64,000 nucleotides of DNA from Squalus acanthias (lineage: Eukaryota). The notes under the pieces were generated by a model. The model made no database searches. It was not told the origin of the DNA and was given only the letters and a program-made list of their open reading frames with translations. Made by a program: the position numbers and the translations under genes. Shown here one piece after another: positions 1-12,130 of the stretch. The stretch is from contig CM059432.1 of NCBI GenBank assembly GCA_030390025.1, positions 108,316,001 to 108,380,000 on the forward strand, read 5' to 3'. The stretch's first letter is position 1, and each line of letters opens with the position of its first letter.

Positions 1-1315
1 AATTGCAGTAAGACATCTTTACTCTTATACTCAAATCCTCTTGTAATAAAGGCCAACATACCATTTGCTTTCCCAATTGCTTGCTGTACCTGCATGTTAA
101 CTTTCAGTGATTCGTGTACAAGGACATCCAGGTTTAATAACCTCGTGTGGCACCTTATCGAATGCCTTCTGAAAATCCAAATACACCACATCCACTGGTT
201 CCCCCTTATCTATTCTGCTAGTTACAACCTCAAAAAACTCTAACAGATTCGTCAAACACGATTTCCCTTTCATAAATCCGTGTTGACTCTGCCCAATCCT
301 CTTATTATTTTCTAAGTGCCCTGTTACCATGTCCTTAATAATAGATTCTAGCATTTTCCCTACTACTGATGTCAGGCTAACTGGTCTGTAGTTCCCCGTT
401 TTCTCTCTCCCTCCTTTCTTGAATAGTGGGGTTACATTTGCTACCATCCAATCCGCGGAAACCGTTCTAGAATCTATGGAATTTTGGAAGATGACAACCA
501 ATGCATCCACTATCTCTATAGCCACCTCTTTCAAAACCCTAGGATGTAGACCATCAGGTCCAGGGGATTTATTGGCTCTCAGTTCCATTAATTTCTCCAG
601 TACTATTTTTTACTAATACTAATTTCTTTCAGTTCCTCATTCTTGTTAGACCCTTGGTTCTCCACTATTTCCGGGAGGTTTTTGCGTCTTCTTCCGTGAA
701 GACAGACACAAAGTATTTGTTTAATTTCTCTGCATTTCCTTATTCTCCATTATAATTTCTCCTGTCTCAGCCTGTAAGGGACCCTCATTTACTTTCGCTA
801 ATCTGTTCCTTTTTACATACCTATAGAAGCTTTTATAGTCTGTTTTATGTCTCTCGCTAGTTTACTCTCATATTCTATTTTCCCTTTATCAATTTCTTGG
901 TCCTCCTTTGATGACTTCCAAATGTCTCCCAGTCCTCAGGCTTACTTCTCTTTTTGGCAAAATAATAAGCCTCTTCCTTTGATCTAATACTACCTTTAAA
1001 TTCTCTTGTTAACCACAGTTGGACCACTTTTCCTGTGGGGTTTTTGTGCCTTAAAGGAATGTATATTTGTTGTAAATTATGTATTAATTCTTTAAATGCT
1101 AGCCATTGCTTGTCTACCTTCATACCTTTCAATGTAGTTTCCCAATCTACCGTAACCAACTCGCCCCTCATACCTACGTAGTTTGCTTTGTTTAGATTTA
1201 AGACCCTATTTTCGGATTTAACTAAATCACTTTCGAACTTAATATAAAATTCTATCATATTATGGTCACTCTTCCCTAAAGGCCCCTTTACGGCAAGGTT
1301 ATTAATTAACCCTTT
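1..1315 (-). mobile_element. CR1 LINE (family A) ORF2 fragment, decayed, internally deleted
   Basis: ORF 97..588 has RT motifs KSPGPDG, NYRPVSLTS and VVYLDFQKAFDKVPH. ORF 875..1441 has the APE C-terminal PLGKSDHNMI. Confidence 0.92.
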
Positions 1316-1374
1316 CCGGTGGCACAGAAGCCGATCTGGCCGACGTTGACGGTGGGGAAGGCGCTCAGTGCGCC

Positions 1375-1520
1375 TCAACAGGCAGATGGGGCCTCGGTTT
1401 AATGTCTCATCTGAAAGACGGCACCTCCGACAATGCAGCACTCCCTCAATACTGCACTGAAACGTCAGCCTAGATTGTGCAGTTTTAACCCTCGACCTTC
1501 TGACTTGGAGCCAACTGAGA
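1375..1520 (-). mobile_element. Deu-domain (AmnSINE1/SacSINE1-like) SINE fragment
   Basis: Reverse complement of the head/body seen at 24059 and 37645. Confidence 0.7.
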
Positions 1521-3013
1521 CAGTCTGATAGGCTGAGAATCTCCAGCCTATGTCCCCTTATTAATGATTTGTCAACCTGTGGAACCAGTTTCTTATTACA
1601 GTCCCCATAGAGTGGGCACCTTCCTGCTAGCGCGATTTCCCGCTATACACAGTGGATGGTAAATCCACAACAAGCTGCAGCATGAAATAACTCCCATAGT
1701 TGTTAACAGTGTGAACAGCTGATTGAAGCTGCCTGAAGTCTCCATTTGCCAACTGCCTCTCGTAGTCGTTACCAGTGCGCCGCTTTTAAATCGACAAGTA
1801 CAGACGATTAATGCTTTGGATGGATCATCATAATTTGGTTTCGCCCATCATGGAGGTGTGAAGAGTTTATTGAATTGCACGAGATGGCTGGTGCATTTAA
1901 TACGTTATAAGCGCCGCCTTCGTAATTGACTTCTATGTTACTGGCAAATGGCTAGTGCCATTTGCCCGATACAGGCGGCAGCCCGTGATAAGTGAGCACG
2001 ATGCAAGTGGTGGAGTCTGTACTACTAGTTTGATTTTAGGATATTAAAGTTTACGGAGTTTAACCCAATCTCAAACTACACGGTGAGCTCACAGTCTTTT
2101 TCCCCACTCTGTGCCATCTGCTCAGATTCTCTTCTGCCATGCTCCAATCTCTGCCCGAGAAGGTGAACCTTCATCCAGTCCTTTATCAATACTACTAGAG
2201 CCCAAACAACTTAATTTTTGATTTTAATTCAGTGTCTCCCTGATGGACTGGCTAAGAACAGGAGATAACCATGGATGAAATTGCTGGGCTAAATCCATAT
2301 TGCATCTGTCCATGGCAAAGTACTTTGGTGCATCAATGCTTTATATATTGTTTTACTCTGAACTACGAGCCCAGTCACTTTATATAAACCTTTTCCAGGA
2401 ATCACAGTCAAATTGTGTATCTCCCTGCTTTTGTTGTCAATATCTATACATTGACAACAAAAGGCCAATAGAGGGCAGTGTTTACCATAAAATAAGACAA
2501 TCAATATACACTGGGATTAATGGAAAAGGGGAAATTTCCCCCCAGATTAATGCTTTTCCTTTTAGGTTGAGATTACAATAAACCATCTTCATTGTTTTGT
2601 TCACATCTATTATCAGCTTTTAAGGTTACTCTTGCAGAATAGAACCAGTAATGGTCCACTGTAACCACAATACTCCACAGTATGTCTCAGCACTTTGGCT
2701 GGTTTAATTTCTGGGGCTGATTACTCGCAGGCTGTAGTTCTTTTGTATTGTGTAACATTCCAGGACGGTTTGAAATAACTTGGCAGCACCGGTTGAGACG
2801 GAGAAAATGACTTTTGCATCTCAGCTGCAACAATGCGAAGTATTCTGCTAGACTTGGCTTCGCATATTAAACTAATGTCTGTGGCAGTAGAGTTACTTAA
2901 TGCCCCTTCCCTTCAAACAGATCAGTCAGTCAGTCCTGTACAGACACAGTTCATCTCCAGAGAGCCCTTCCGCCACCCACCCCCCCACCGCCCAACAACA
3001 GAAATGTTCTTAC

Positions 3014-3068
3014 TTAAGAGAAAAACGGTCTCTTCGACAAAGTTTCGCTGCTGACAAATTTCAAGGGC
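3014..3068 (-). CDS. VPS41: VPS41 coding exon, 55 bp: ALEICQQRNFVEETVFLL(S)
   Basis: Acceptor ccacag|GCC, donor TTAA|gtaaga; phase 0-1. Confidence 0.95.
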
Positions 3069-3415
3069 CTGTGGGAGGAAAAAAGAATGATCAAGCCTGT
3101 TGTCACTTCACCTTATTAATAATGGAGTCATACATCGCCTGCTTTTTTCTTTCCTCAGGGAAGGGGACGGTTTGGGATGTCTCTAGGAAGCTGCACATGC
3201 CTGCATTTTATATACTTTTCCCATCAAGTTTAAAGATGAAATTTGTTTCTCAGGAGGGGTTCGGCTGTGGGAATGTGTCTCACACGGAACCAGATCTGAT
3301 CTTTCTGGTTTCCTCCTTGTACTCAATGGGTGCTCAGCTGGTGAATTCCTGTGAGCAGGAGCTGAAGCTAATGTTCCAGGAGAAAGCTTCACAGGACACT
3401 TGGGGGGGGGGGGGG

Positions 3416-3535
3416 GGGGTGAAATTGGTCATGGTGGTAGTGGAGAACGAGCAATAGGGAATTGCAAGCCGTTTTACACCAGGCTCAATTTTCTATTCCA
3501 GCGTCAATCTTACTGCTGAAGCCCAATTTCACCCC
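3416..3535. mobile_element. Small MITE, probably PIF/Harbinger-like
   Basis: 13-bp terminal inverted repeats (TIRs) GGGGTGAAATTGG...CCAATTTCACCCC. The left TIR runs into a G18 tract (3402-3419). Confidence 0.65.
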
Positions 3536-3559
3536 ATTGCTTCTATGCCGAGAGCAGTT

Positions 3560-3950
3560 ATCCCCAACACTATCCAGAACAAGGGGCATAAATATAAGAT
3601 AGCCACTAACAGAACAATAAAGAATTTAGGAGGAATTTATCTCCACAGAGAGTGGTGTGAATGTGGAACCCGCTGCCATATGGAGTGGTTAAAGCAGGTA
3701 GCACTGATACATTTAAGGGAGGCTTGATCCATACTTGTGAAGGGAGAAGGGAACAGAGGGATATGGGGTCAGAGGGGGAAGAGGCTCGTGTGGAATATAA
3801 ACAAGAAGTGGAGAGAGTAAACTCCTCGATTGAGAACAGTAACACAGCAAATACTGATAAGAAACACATACTCAGACACTTCCCTCAATAGAGCTTGCAG
3901 AAAACAAGACCAATCAGTTGGGCTGAATGGCCTGTTTCTGTGCTGTAATG
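3560..3950 (+). mobile_element. Old CR1 3' end interrupted by a locally templated insertion (3802-3912)
   Basis: CR1 3' UTR motifs gaggctcgtgtgga...ttgggctgaatggcctgtttctgtgctgtaa. Confidence 0.75.
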
Positions 3951-4075
3951 TAATTCTCTTGCACATGCCATTTAACAACCAACCGAAGCCCTTGCATTGC
4001 ACAATGATAACCACTTGAGAACACCAGCATTCTTGCAGTAAGACACATTAGAGAGAGCTACCAAGACAGATTTAC

Positions 4076-4213
4076 TTTTTCTAGTGGACAATGGGTGCTG
4101 TCCCTCAGGAATGGTAACAGGTTCGGACGATCATATTCGGCGTACAGGCTGATCTGCTGTTCGTGGAACTGCTGTCCTTTATGGTGATCTCTCTTGAACA
4201 GGTTATGCAAATA
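4076..4213 (-). CDS. VPS41: VPS41 coding exon, 138 bp: YLHNLFKRDHHKGQQFHEQQISLYAEYDRPNLLPFLRDSTHCPLEK
   Basis: Acceptor aaacag|TAT, donor AAA|gtaaat; phase 0-0. Confidence 0.97.
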
Positions 4214-5059
4214 CTGTTTAAAGAAAGCACAGAGCAGTGGTTGTAACACAACTGTACAACATGCTAGGCATAAAACTTTAAAACAAAATTAAATTAAATA
4301 AGTTTCGCATCCACCAATTCTTTTCATTATTACACGCTCCAAGATGAGAACAGTAACACAGCAAATACTGATAAGAAACACATACTCAGACACTTCCCTC
4401 AATAGAGCTTGCAGAAAACAAGACCATGATGAAAGAGGCGACAGATCAACACACTTAAAGGAATAGGAGTAATGTGTGTAACAGATAGAACTTTGCAATT
4501 TTAAGGCTGTAATTCTGTTCGAAGGTTGCAATAAAACATGGGAGCTATTCACATTATGTTCATGGTTTGCAATGTCACCCGAACCTAATTATTTTCTGCT
4601 ATTGCTATTACTGCAACATACTAAAACGCAATAGTCCTGACAGCCACTGTAAAATAAAACCTGGGAATAATGCAATGAGTAAGTCACAAAAGGATAAATG
4701 TCCCATATGAACACCACCACTTCCCCGGAACACAGAAAGACAAGAGGCACCGATTTCATTTTATAGGTTTTAAAATGAAACAATCAGCTAGCAGGAAGCA
4801 AGAAGTGGAGAGAGTAAACTCCTCCACTGAGTTGTTGCATGCTCCAAATCGTGGTGTGGTCTGCCCCCTCAGGTGACCCATTACTGATCCCAAGGCGCTG
4901 TCTGAAAAGGAGCAGTGGAGTTCGCTCAGTGCCCTGGCCAGCATTCGACTCTTAACCACCACCGTCAAAAATGGCTTCACCAGCCATTCATCTCATTGCC
5001 ATTCGCAGGACATTGATGTGTGTAAAATGGCTGCTACGTTTGCCTAGATAAGACGGGGT

Positions 5060-5210
5060 TTAACATTTTATCCAAAAGACGGCATCGCCAACAATGCAGC
5101 ACCCCCTCAGTACTGCCTAGATTATGTGCTCAAATCTCTGGAATGGGGCTTGAACCCCCGCCCTTCTGACAGAGGCGAGAGGGTTACCACTGAGCCATGG
5201 CCGACACCTC
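5060..5210 (-). mobile_element. Deu-domain SINE 5' fragment with tRNA-like head
   Basis: Minus strand reads tggctcagtggtaac...gggttcaagcccc (A/B-box-like), matching the head at 24059. Confidence 0.7.
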
Positions 5211-5236
5211 GTAATTCTTTGTATGTGAAGCGTTTT

Positions 5237-5760
5237 GGGAGTGTGATGGAATACTCTCCACTTGCCTGATGAGTGCAGCTCCAACTACACTCAAGAAGCT
5301 CGACACCATCCAGGACAAAGCAGCCCGCTTGATTGGCACCCCATCCACCACCTTAAACATTCACTCCCTCCACCACCGGCGTACCGTGGCTGCAGTGTGT
5401 ACCATCTACAAGATGCACTGCAGCAACTTGCCAAGGCTTCTTCGGCAGCACCTCCCAAATCCGCGACCTCTACCACCTAGAAGGACAAGGGCAGCAGACG
5501 CATGGGAACACCCCCACCTCCAAGTTCCCCTCCAAGTCTCACACCATCCTGATTTAGAAGTATATCGCCGATCCTTCATCGTTGCTGGGTCAAAATCCTG
5601 GAGTTCCCTACCTAACAGCACTGTAGGAGTACCTTCACCACACGGACTGCAGCGGTTCAAGAAGGTGGCTCACCGCCACCTTCTCAAGGACAATTAGGGA
5701 TGGGCAATAAATGCTGGCCTTGCCAGCGACGCCCACATCCCATGAATGAATTTTTTTTAA
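5237..5760 (+). mobile_element. LINE family B (CR1/Jockey-group) 3' fragment
   Basis: ORF2 C-terminus (MSAAPTTLKKLDTIQDKAARLIG) and tail gggcaataaatgctggccttgccagcgacgcccacatccc. Confidence 0.88.
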
Positions 5761-6319
5761 ATGGAGTTACATGGAATGTACAGCACAGAAACAGGCCATT
5801 CGGCCCAACAGGTCCATGCCAGTGTTTATGCTCCACACGAGCCTCGTTCCACCCTATCTGTATATGAAATTAGCTAGATAATCCTGACTTGGAGTTTAAT
5901 TTCTTTAAGATCTAACTTGTGCATTGCACTCTGGACAGCTGCCTTATTGCACAGCACAGCAGGTGGCCATTCGCTCGATCGTGTCTGTGCCAGCTTTGCC
6001 AGACCAATACAAAACTAATAATCATAACCCTGCTCTCTTGTATCTTCCTCTGCTTAAAGTATTTATCCAATTTCCCTTGAAAGATGCACTGGTCTCTACC
6101 TCAACTACTCTGTGACAAAGCACTCCATGGTCCAGCAACCTTCTGTGTAAAGACATTTTACCTAATCTCTCTCCTCACTCTGTGACAATTTTAAACTGAT
6201 GATCACTTGTCTCTGACTCTCTTACTAGAATAAACAGTCCTTCCCTATATCATCCTATCAAAACCCTTCATCATTTTAAATCTCCTTGGTCTTCCTTTAG
6301 CTACATCATTAAATAAATA

Positions 6320-6611
6320 GCTACATCATTAAATAAATTTAAAACAGAAATAGACAGTTTCCTAAAAGTAAAGGGAATTAGGGGTTACGGGGAGCGGGCA
6401 GGAAATTGGACATGAGGCTGAGTTCGGATCGGTCAAGGCCCTGTGGGTGGCGGAGCGGGCCCAGGGGCTGAGTGGCCGGGTCCTGCTCCTACTTCTTGTG
6501 TTCTTTAGATTTGAGGTTAGGATCAGATCAGCCATGATCTTATTGAATGGCGGAGCAGGCTCGAAGGGCCGATTGGCCTACTCCTGCAACTATTTCTTAT
6601 GTTCTTATGTT
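6320..6611 (+). mobile_element. CR1 3' end with two tandem 3'-UTR modules
   Basis: Two successive ggcggagc...cctgctcct-type modules, ending in ttcttatgttcttatgttc. Confidence 0.75.
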
Positions 6612-7785
6612 CCCTGCACCAGTAGAAATAGTGCCATTATCTTAAGTCTCTCTTCATAACTACAGATTGACGAACATCTCTCGTCTTGTGCCTAAAATCA
6701 TTTTATTCCTGTCTTCCGTAGTTACTTACATTAACGAAAATCTAGCTTTTCCACACAGTATAGAAACAAAGCAGAGAAACAGGAACATCTTACCAAGCTT
6801 CATGGGACACCGCACTCCAGCCACATTTTGGAAACAGATGAAATGCAGTCACCTCTTACTTTGAGTACATTGGAAATCAATATGTTTGTCTTCTTGTTAC
6901 AAGCTTTGAGATTGATACATAAACCTTGCTGAAGCATGCAATAGTGAAAGAATTCCTTTTTCTCACAGCACAAGTTTTTAATCATTGAGCCACAAGCTGT
7001 GATCTCCATGCAACTAACCACCTGATGACAAATTCTAAGAGTTTCCAAATCACTGTAAGAGCCATTACAAGAACTATAGTTCCAATGAGGTTTATGAGGT
7101 ATCCTAACCGGTCTAACCCCCATTCTACTCAACCACGGTCATGTGATGTGCTTGGCTCTGGCTATAATACACGGCAACAGTTCACCCTTGTACAGCTGCC
7201 TTATTGCATGTGCACAGCACAAAAGGCGGCCTTTCGGCCCATCACGTCTTTGCCAGAGCAATCCAAAACAAATAATAATAAAATTGTCACTGAGAGTGAG
7301 GAGAGAGATTAGGTAAAATGTCTTTACACAGAAGGTTGCTGGACCATGGAGTGCTTTGTCACAGTGAGTAGTTGAGGTAGAGACCAGTGCATCTTTCAAG
7401 GGAAAATTGGATAAATATTTTAAGCAGAGGAACAGAGGAAGATACAAGAGAGCAGGGTAGTGGGATTATTAGTTTTGTATTGCTCTGGCAAAGATCTGGC
7501 ACAGAGATGATGGGCCAAATGGCCGCCTTCTGTGCTGTGCACATGCAAGGGTGGACTGTTGCCGTGTATTATAGCCAGAGCCAAGCACATCTCATGACCG
7601 TGGTTAAGTAGAATGGGGGTTAGACGGGTTAGGATACCTCAAACCTCATTGGAACTATAGGAACAGGAATAGGCTATTCAGCCCATCGAGCCTGCTCCAC
7701 CATTCAATTAGATCATGGCTTATCTGCACCCCAACTCCATTCACCCGCCTTTGCTCCATATCCCTTACACAACAAAAATCTACCT

Positions 7786-8293
7786 CCGCTCCACGCCCAC
7801 CTCTCTGTCCTCGGCCTCTTACACTGTTCTAACGAAGCTCAAGGAACAGCACCTCATCTTTCGATTAGACACTTTGCAGCCTTCTGGCCTCAACATCGAG
7901 TTCAACAATTTCAGACCATAACCTCTGCTCCTATTTTTTCAGATGGCAGCTGTTGATGATTCTGCTATTCCCATTTACACCTCTTCTTGACTCATCTTTT
8001 GTTTCTTTACTTGTTCCATTACCATCTCCTTTTGCTTTTGTCATTTAATCACTCTTGCCTTTCACCCTATTACAAACCTTCGCTTTTGTTCTTTCCTCCC
8101 CTCCCCTCTTTCCCTGCCTCTGTACTTGCTTAAAATCTGTCACATCTCTAACTTTTTCCAGTTCTGATGAAAGGTCATCAACCTGAAACGTTAACTCTGT
8201 TTCTTTCTCCAGATGCTGCCAGACCTGCTGAGCATTTCCAGCATTTTCTGTTTTTATTTCAGATTTCAAGCATCTGCAGTATTTTGCTTTTGT
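7786..8293 (+). mobile_element. Penelope-like element, 5'-truncated: endonuclease C-terminus plus 3' pseudo-LTR
   Basis: KLKEQHLIFRLDTLQPSGLNIEFNNFRP* resembles the C-terminus of vertebrate Penelope GIY-YIG ORFs. 12-bp TSD aaaaatctacct at 7774-7785 and 8294-8305. Confidence 0.85.
8160..8196 (+). ncRNA. Minimal type I hammerhead ribozyme motif (Penelope-type)
   Basis: AGUU-CUGAUGA-A-AGGU(caucA)ACCU-GAAAC-GUU^AACU: stem I AGUU/AACU, stem II AGGU/ACCU, palindromic stem III ACGU. Confidence 0.75.
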
Positions 8294-10158
8294 AAAAATC
8301 TACCTGTCTCAGTCTTGAAAGCTCCAATTTACCCAGCATCCACAGCCTTTTGGGGGAGAGTGCTCCAGATTTCCATCATCCTTTGTGTGAAAAAGTGCTT
8401 CCTAATTTTGCTCCTGAATGGCCTGGCTCTAATTTTATGATGTCCCCTTGTTCTTGATTCCCCACCAGAGGAAATAGTTTCTCTGTATTTGCCCTATCAA
8501 ATCCGTTTATCATTTTAAACACCTAGATTAGATCATCCTCAATCTTCTATACTCAAGGAATTACAAGCCAAGTTTGTGCAACCTGTCCTCATAATTTAAC
8601 CCTCTATCATTCTGGTGAATCTGCGCTGCACCCACTCCAAGGCCAATATATCCTTCCTGAGTACAGTGCCCAGAACTGAATGCAGTAGTCCAGAGGGACG
8701 CTGACCAAGGCTCTATACAAATGAAGCACAACTTCCTCCCCTTTGTATTCCAGACCCCTTGAGATGAAGGCAAACATTCCATTAGCCTTTTTGATTGCTT
8801 TTTGTACCTGTCCACTGGCTTTTAATGATTTGTGTACTTGGACTCCCAAATCTCTTTGCTCCTCTACAGTTCCTCATTGCTCACCATTTAGAAAATACTC
8901 TGATCTATCTTTCTTGGGTGAAAAGTGGATAACCTCACACTTCCCCACATTGAACTCCATCTGCCACAGTTTAACCCACTCACTTAATTTGTTTATCTCC
9001 CTTTGCAACTTCCTGCTCCCATCTGTACAACTTCCTGTCCCTCCATCTGCAAACTTAGATATACAACTCCCTATTCCTTCATCCAAGTCATTCATAAATA
9101 TGGTGAAAAGTTAAGGCCCTCATAACAGATTCCTGGTGAACACCCGCCAATGGCAGTACATACCCTTTATCCCCACTTTGTGTCTTCTACCTCCCAACTA
9201 ATTTCCAACATAAGTAAGAGGGCTTCCTCCAATTCTATTCTCTCTTATTTTTGCTAATAATCTCTTGTGTGGAACCTTATTGAATGCCTTCTTGAAGTCC
9301 ATATAGCTAACACTATAGACATTCTCTTATCTACCTTATTAGTGACCTCCTCAAAAAATTCAACTAGATTAGACAGCAATGACTTACCCTGAACAAAGCC
9401 ATGATCTCTCTCTGATCAGCTCATATTTGTTCAAGTGCTCAGGCACGCTACCCTAATGACAGATTCCAGTAGTTTCCCCATAACTGATGTTAAAGTGACA
9501 GGCTTATAGTTACCTGGTTTCTCTCTCCCACTCTTCTTAAATAATGGAGTGACATTAACAAATTTCCAATCTAATGGCACAATTCCCAAATCAAGAGAGC
9601 TTTGAATGATTATGACTAACGCTTCTCCAACGTCCTCACTTGCTTCCTTTAATACCCTGGGGTGGAAACCATCAGGCCCTGGAGATTTATCTATATCCCA
9701 TTATTTTCTTCATTACAATTTTTTTAAACTTATAATGAATCCAATAAGTTCTTCCCCTTGATTTATTTTTAGTTTCCCTTCCCTCACTGGTATTTTATCC
9801 TCGTCTACTGTGAAAATAGATACAAAGTACTTGTTTAAAATATGTTATTATCTTGTTGTCTATTACTGTATCACCTGCATCTGTCTTTAATAGGCCGACA
9901 TCTCCCTTAGCCACTCACTTACTCTTAATATATTAATTTTTTTTACTATTAGCCTTCATATTAATTGCAAGTTTTTTTCTTATTTCCTTTTTGCAACTCT
10001 TAATATTTTCTTTGTGTCCCTTTGTTACTTTCGACAGTTCCAGCAGTTTTCTGGATTATCACTTTTCTTGCCCATTGTTTAAGATGCTTTCTTTAGCTTT
10101 CTACTGCATCTTACCTCATATGCGTACCATGGTTGCTTGATTGCACTAGTGAAACTTT

Positions 10159-11001
10159 GGGCTGGATTTTGCCAGCCCTGGGGAGGCGGGTTTGGAGGCG
10201 GGACTGCTGGGAAAATGGCAGAATTTGGGGGTGGGTGCCCAACCCGTCCCCAACCTGCCTCCTTGCCATCTTGCCAGGAGGCGGGTAGCCGTCCCACGCC
10301 GGGTCCCGTCTCCTTGGAGGCGGGAAGGGATTACAGCCACTTAACTGCCTGTTAACAGGTAGTTACCAGGCAGAAAATAGGATTATCCCCATTTTACCCA
10401 CACAAGTGCGGGCTTCCCGAAGACTCCGAAACCCGCCAGGGTCACCGAGGCGAGTAGTGGGTCTGCGGGGGTCGGAGGGGTCCAAAAGTGTGCTGTGGAG
10501 GTAAATGATGGGTGCAAGTGTGGAGAGGTGAGTATCTGAGGTAAGTGGAAAGTGTTAGAAAAAGTGTACTTACCTTTGTTTCTTCCTGCAGGCTTCAATC
10601 GGTGGGTATGCAGAGAGTCTCGCACCTCCGCGGTAGAGATGACAGATGGCTGTTGCATTCTCCAATGCAACAACTATCTAATTTCTGCAAAAGAAAGAGG
10701 TTTGATGAGGTCTTGAATTCAAGAACTCATCAAACTACAGAGAATGTCAATGTTTGACAGCTTCACAGAGCTGTCAAACGATAATTCATCTGTCAAAAAT
10801 TTTTGACAGATGAAAAGTCATACGTTGACGTTCTCTGTAACCAGCTTTCCCTTAATTGGCCTGCTAAGCCCGCTGGGCAGGTTTTACAAGGTCAATCAAG
10901 GGAAAATAGCGTGGGTTGGTCAGAAGTTGATGGAGGCGGGACTGAAACCAGACAAGTGGGAATCCCGCCTCCAAAAGCTCCCCATTGGCAAAATCCAGCC
11001 C
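10159..11001. mobile_element. PIF/Harbinger-like MITE, 843 bp (copy 1)
   Basis: Perfect 16-bp TIR GGGCTGGATTTTGCCA/TGGCAAAATCCAGCCC, 3-bp TSD TTT; colinear with 36434-37275. Confidence 0.88.
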
Positions 11002-11724
11002 TTTATCTCTTTTGGGGTATACATTGGTTTTGCACTGTATGAAATACTTCTTTGAACACTACCCACTGTTTTTCTGTAGGTTCACCTGTTAACAGCTCAG
11101 TTTAACGTGTTCAGCTTACGTCTCATTCCGTCTAAGTCAGTCTTGCTTAAGTTTAAAACCTTGATTTGTGTGTGATCCTTCTTCTTGACCTTAATATCAA
11201 ACTCTTATCATGTTATGGTCACTGCTTACAAGATGCTCCCTTACTGTCAGATTACTCATTAATTCCTACATTACAAGTGATTACACTTCAAAAAGTACTT
11301 CATTGGCTGTCAAGTGCTTTGGGACGTTCGGTGGCGGTGAAAGTCGCTATATAAAAGCAAGTCGTTCTTGTTTTTCTTTTAATTCTGGTTTGTTACTCAC
11401 TCTAAATCTAGTATGGGCTGTTTCTAAAACATATTGGGCTCGCCGTTATTTATGCGTAAATGGTACAGCAACTTCAGGCAAGGGGCAGATGCGCGGTTAA
11501 ATGCCAATATCCAAAAGTTGCTGTCCGAGTTGCTCTGCCATTAGCTTTGCGAAAACGACATTTCACTTTCTGCCTCACTGTGATGGCATGGACAAGAATC
11601 ATAAACTTGCAGCTGCAAACCCACATGAAATTACTTTGTTTCATCTTCAGATACCACATGTCGCCCTCAAAAGCAACCATTTTGAACAGAGGAGCTATTT
11701 AATGTTTATATGTTGCACACGCAC

Positions 11725-11775
11725 CACATGCTGCAGTTCTGGTTGATCCTTCAGCTCCTCCACAACTTTGTCAAT
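11725..11775 (-). CDS. VPS41: VPS41 coding exon, 51 bp: IDKVVEELKDQPELQHV
   Basis: Polypyrimidine tract then ttgaag|ATT, donor GTG|gtgcgt. Confidence 0.94.
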
Positions 11776-12088
11776 CTTCAACAAAAAAGAAAAATGAAAG
11801 TTAATCAGAAAAAAAAAACAACAATCTAATAAGCAAGAAGTCCACCTCTGACCACAGTTAATTCTGGCTCATTACAATCTGTTCCGTAGCAGTTCTCAAT
11901 TGTATTACTCTATTTCTTACATTACAACAGTGACTACACTTCAGAAGTACGTCATTGGCTGTAAAGTGCTTTGGGCATGAAGGTTGTGAAAGGCATTATA
12001 TAAATGCAAGTTCTTTCTTTCTATAGCTTCATTTTGAAGGTTATGTTTTCAATGAAAGAACAAGTTGTGATTGAAATTTGCTACTTAC

Positions 12089-12130
12089 TGAAATTTTATC
12101 TTCATTGTCCAGGAGCATGTTGACTGCTTG
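12089..12130 (-). CDS. VPS41: VPS41 coding exon, 42 bp: QAVNMLLDNEDKIS
   Basis: Acceptor ctacag|CAA, donor TCA|gtaagt. Confidence 0.94.

Larger units (their letters stand above)
7658..10140 (-). mobile_element. Older CR1 LINE ORF2/3' end, interrupted by a Penelope-like insertion
   Basis: ORFs 8607..8849 and 8874..9095 (KFADG, KCEVIHF, ANGMFAFISRG). The 3' UTR at 7658-7785 resumes at 8294. Far boundary is approximate. Confidence 0.85.

Noticed and set aside
2900..3457. 185-aa plus-strand ORF and other 60-150 aa ORFs in non-repeat intron sequence
   Set aside because: No recognisable domains or splice-supported structure. They are antisense or chance ORFs; this one runs through a poly-G tract.
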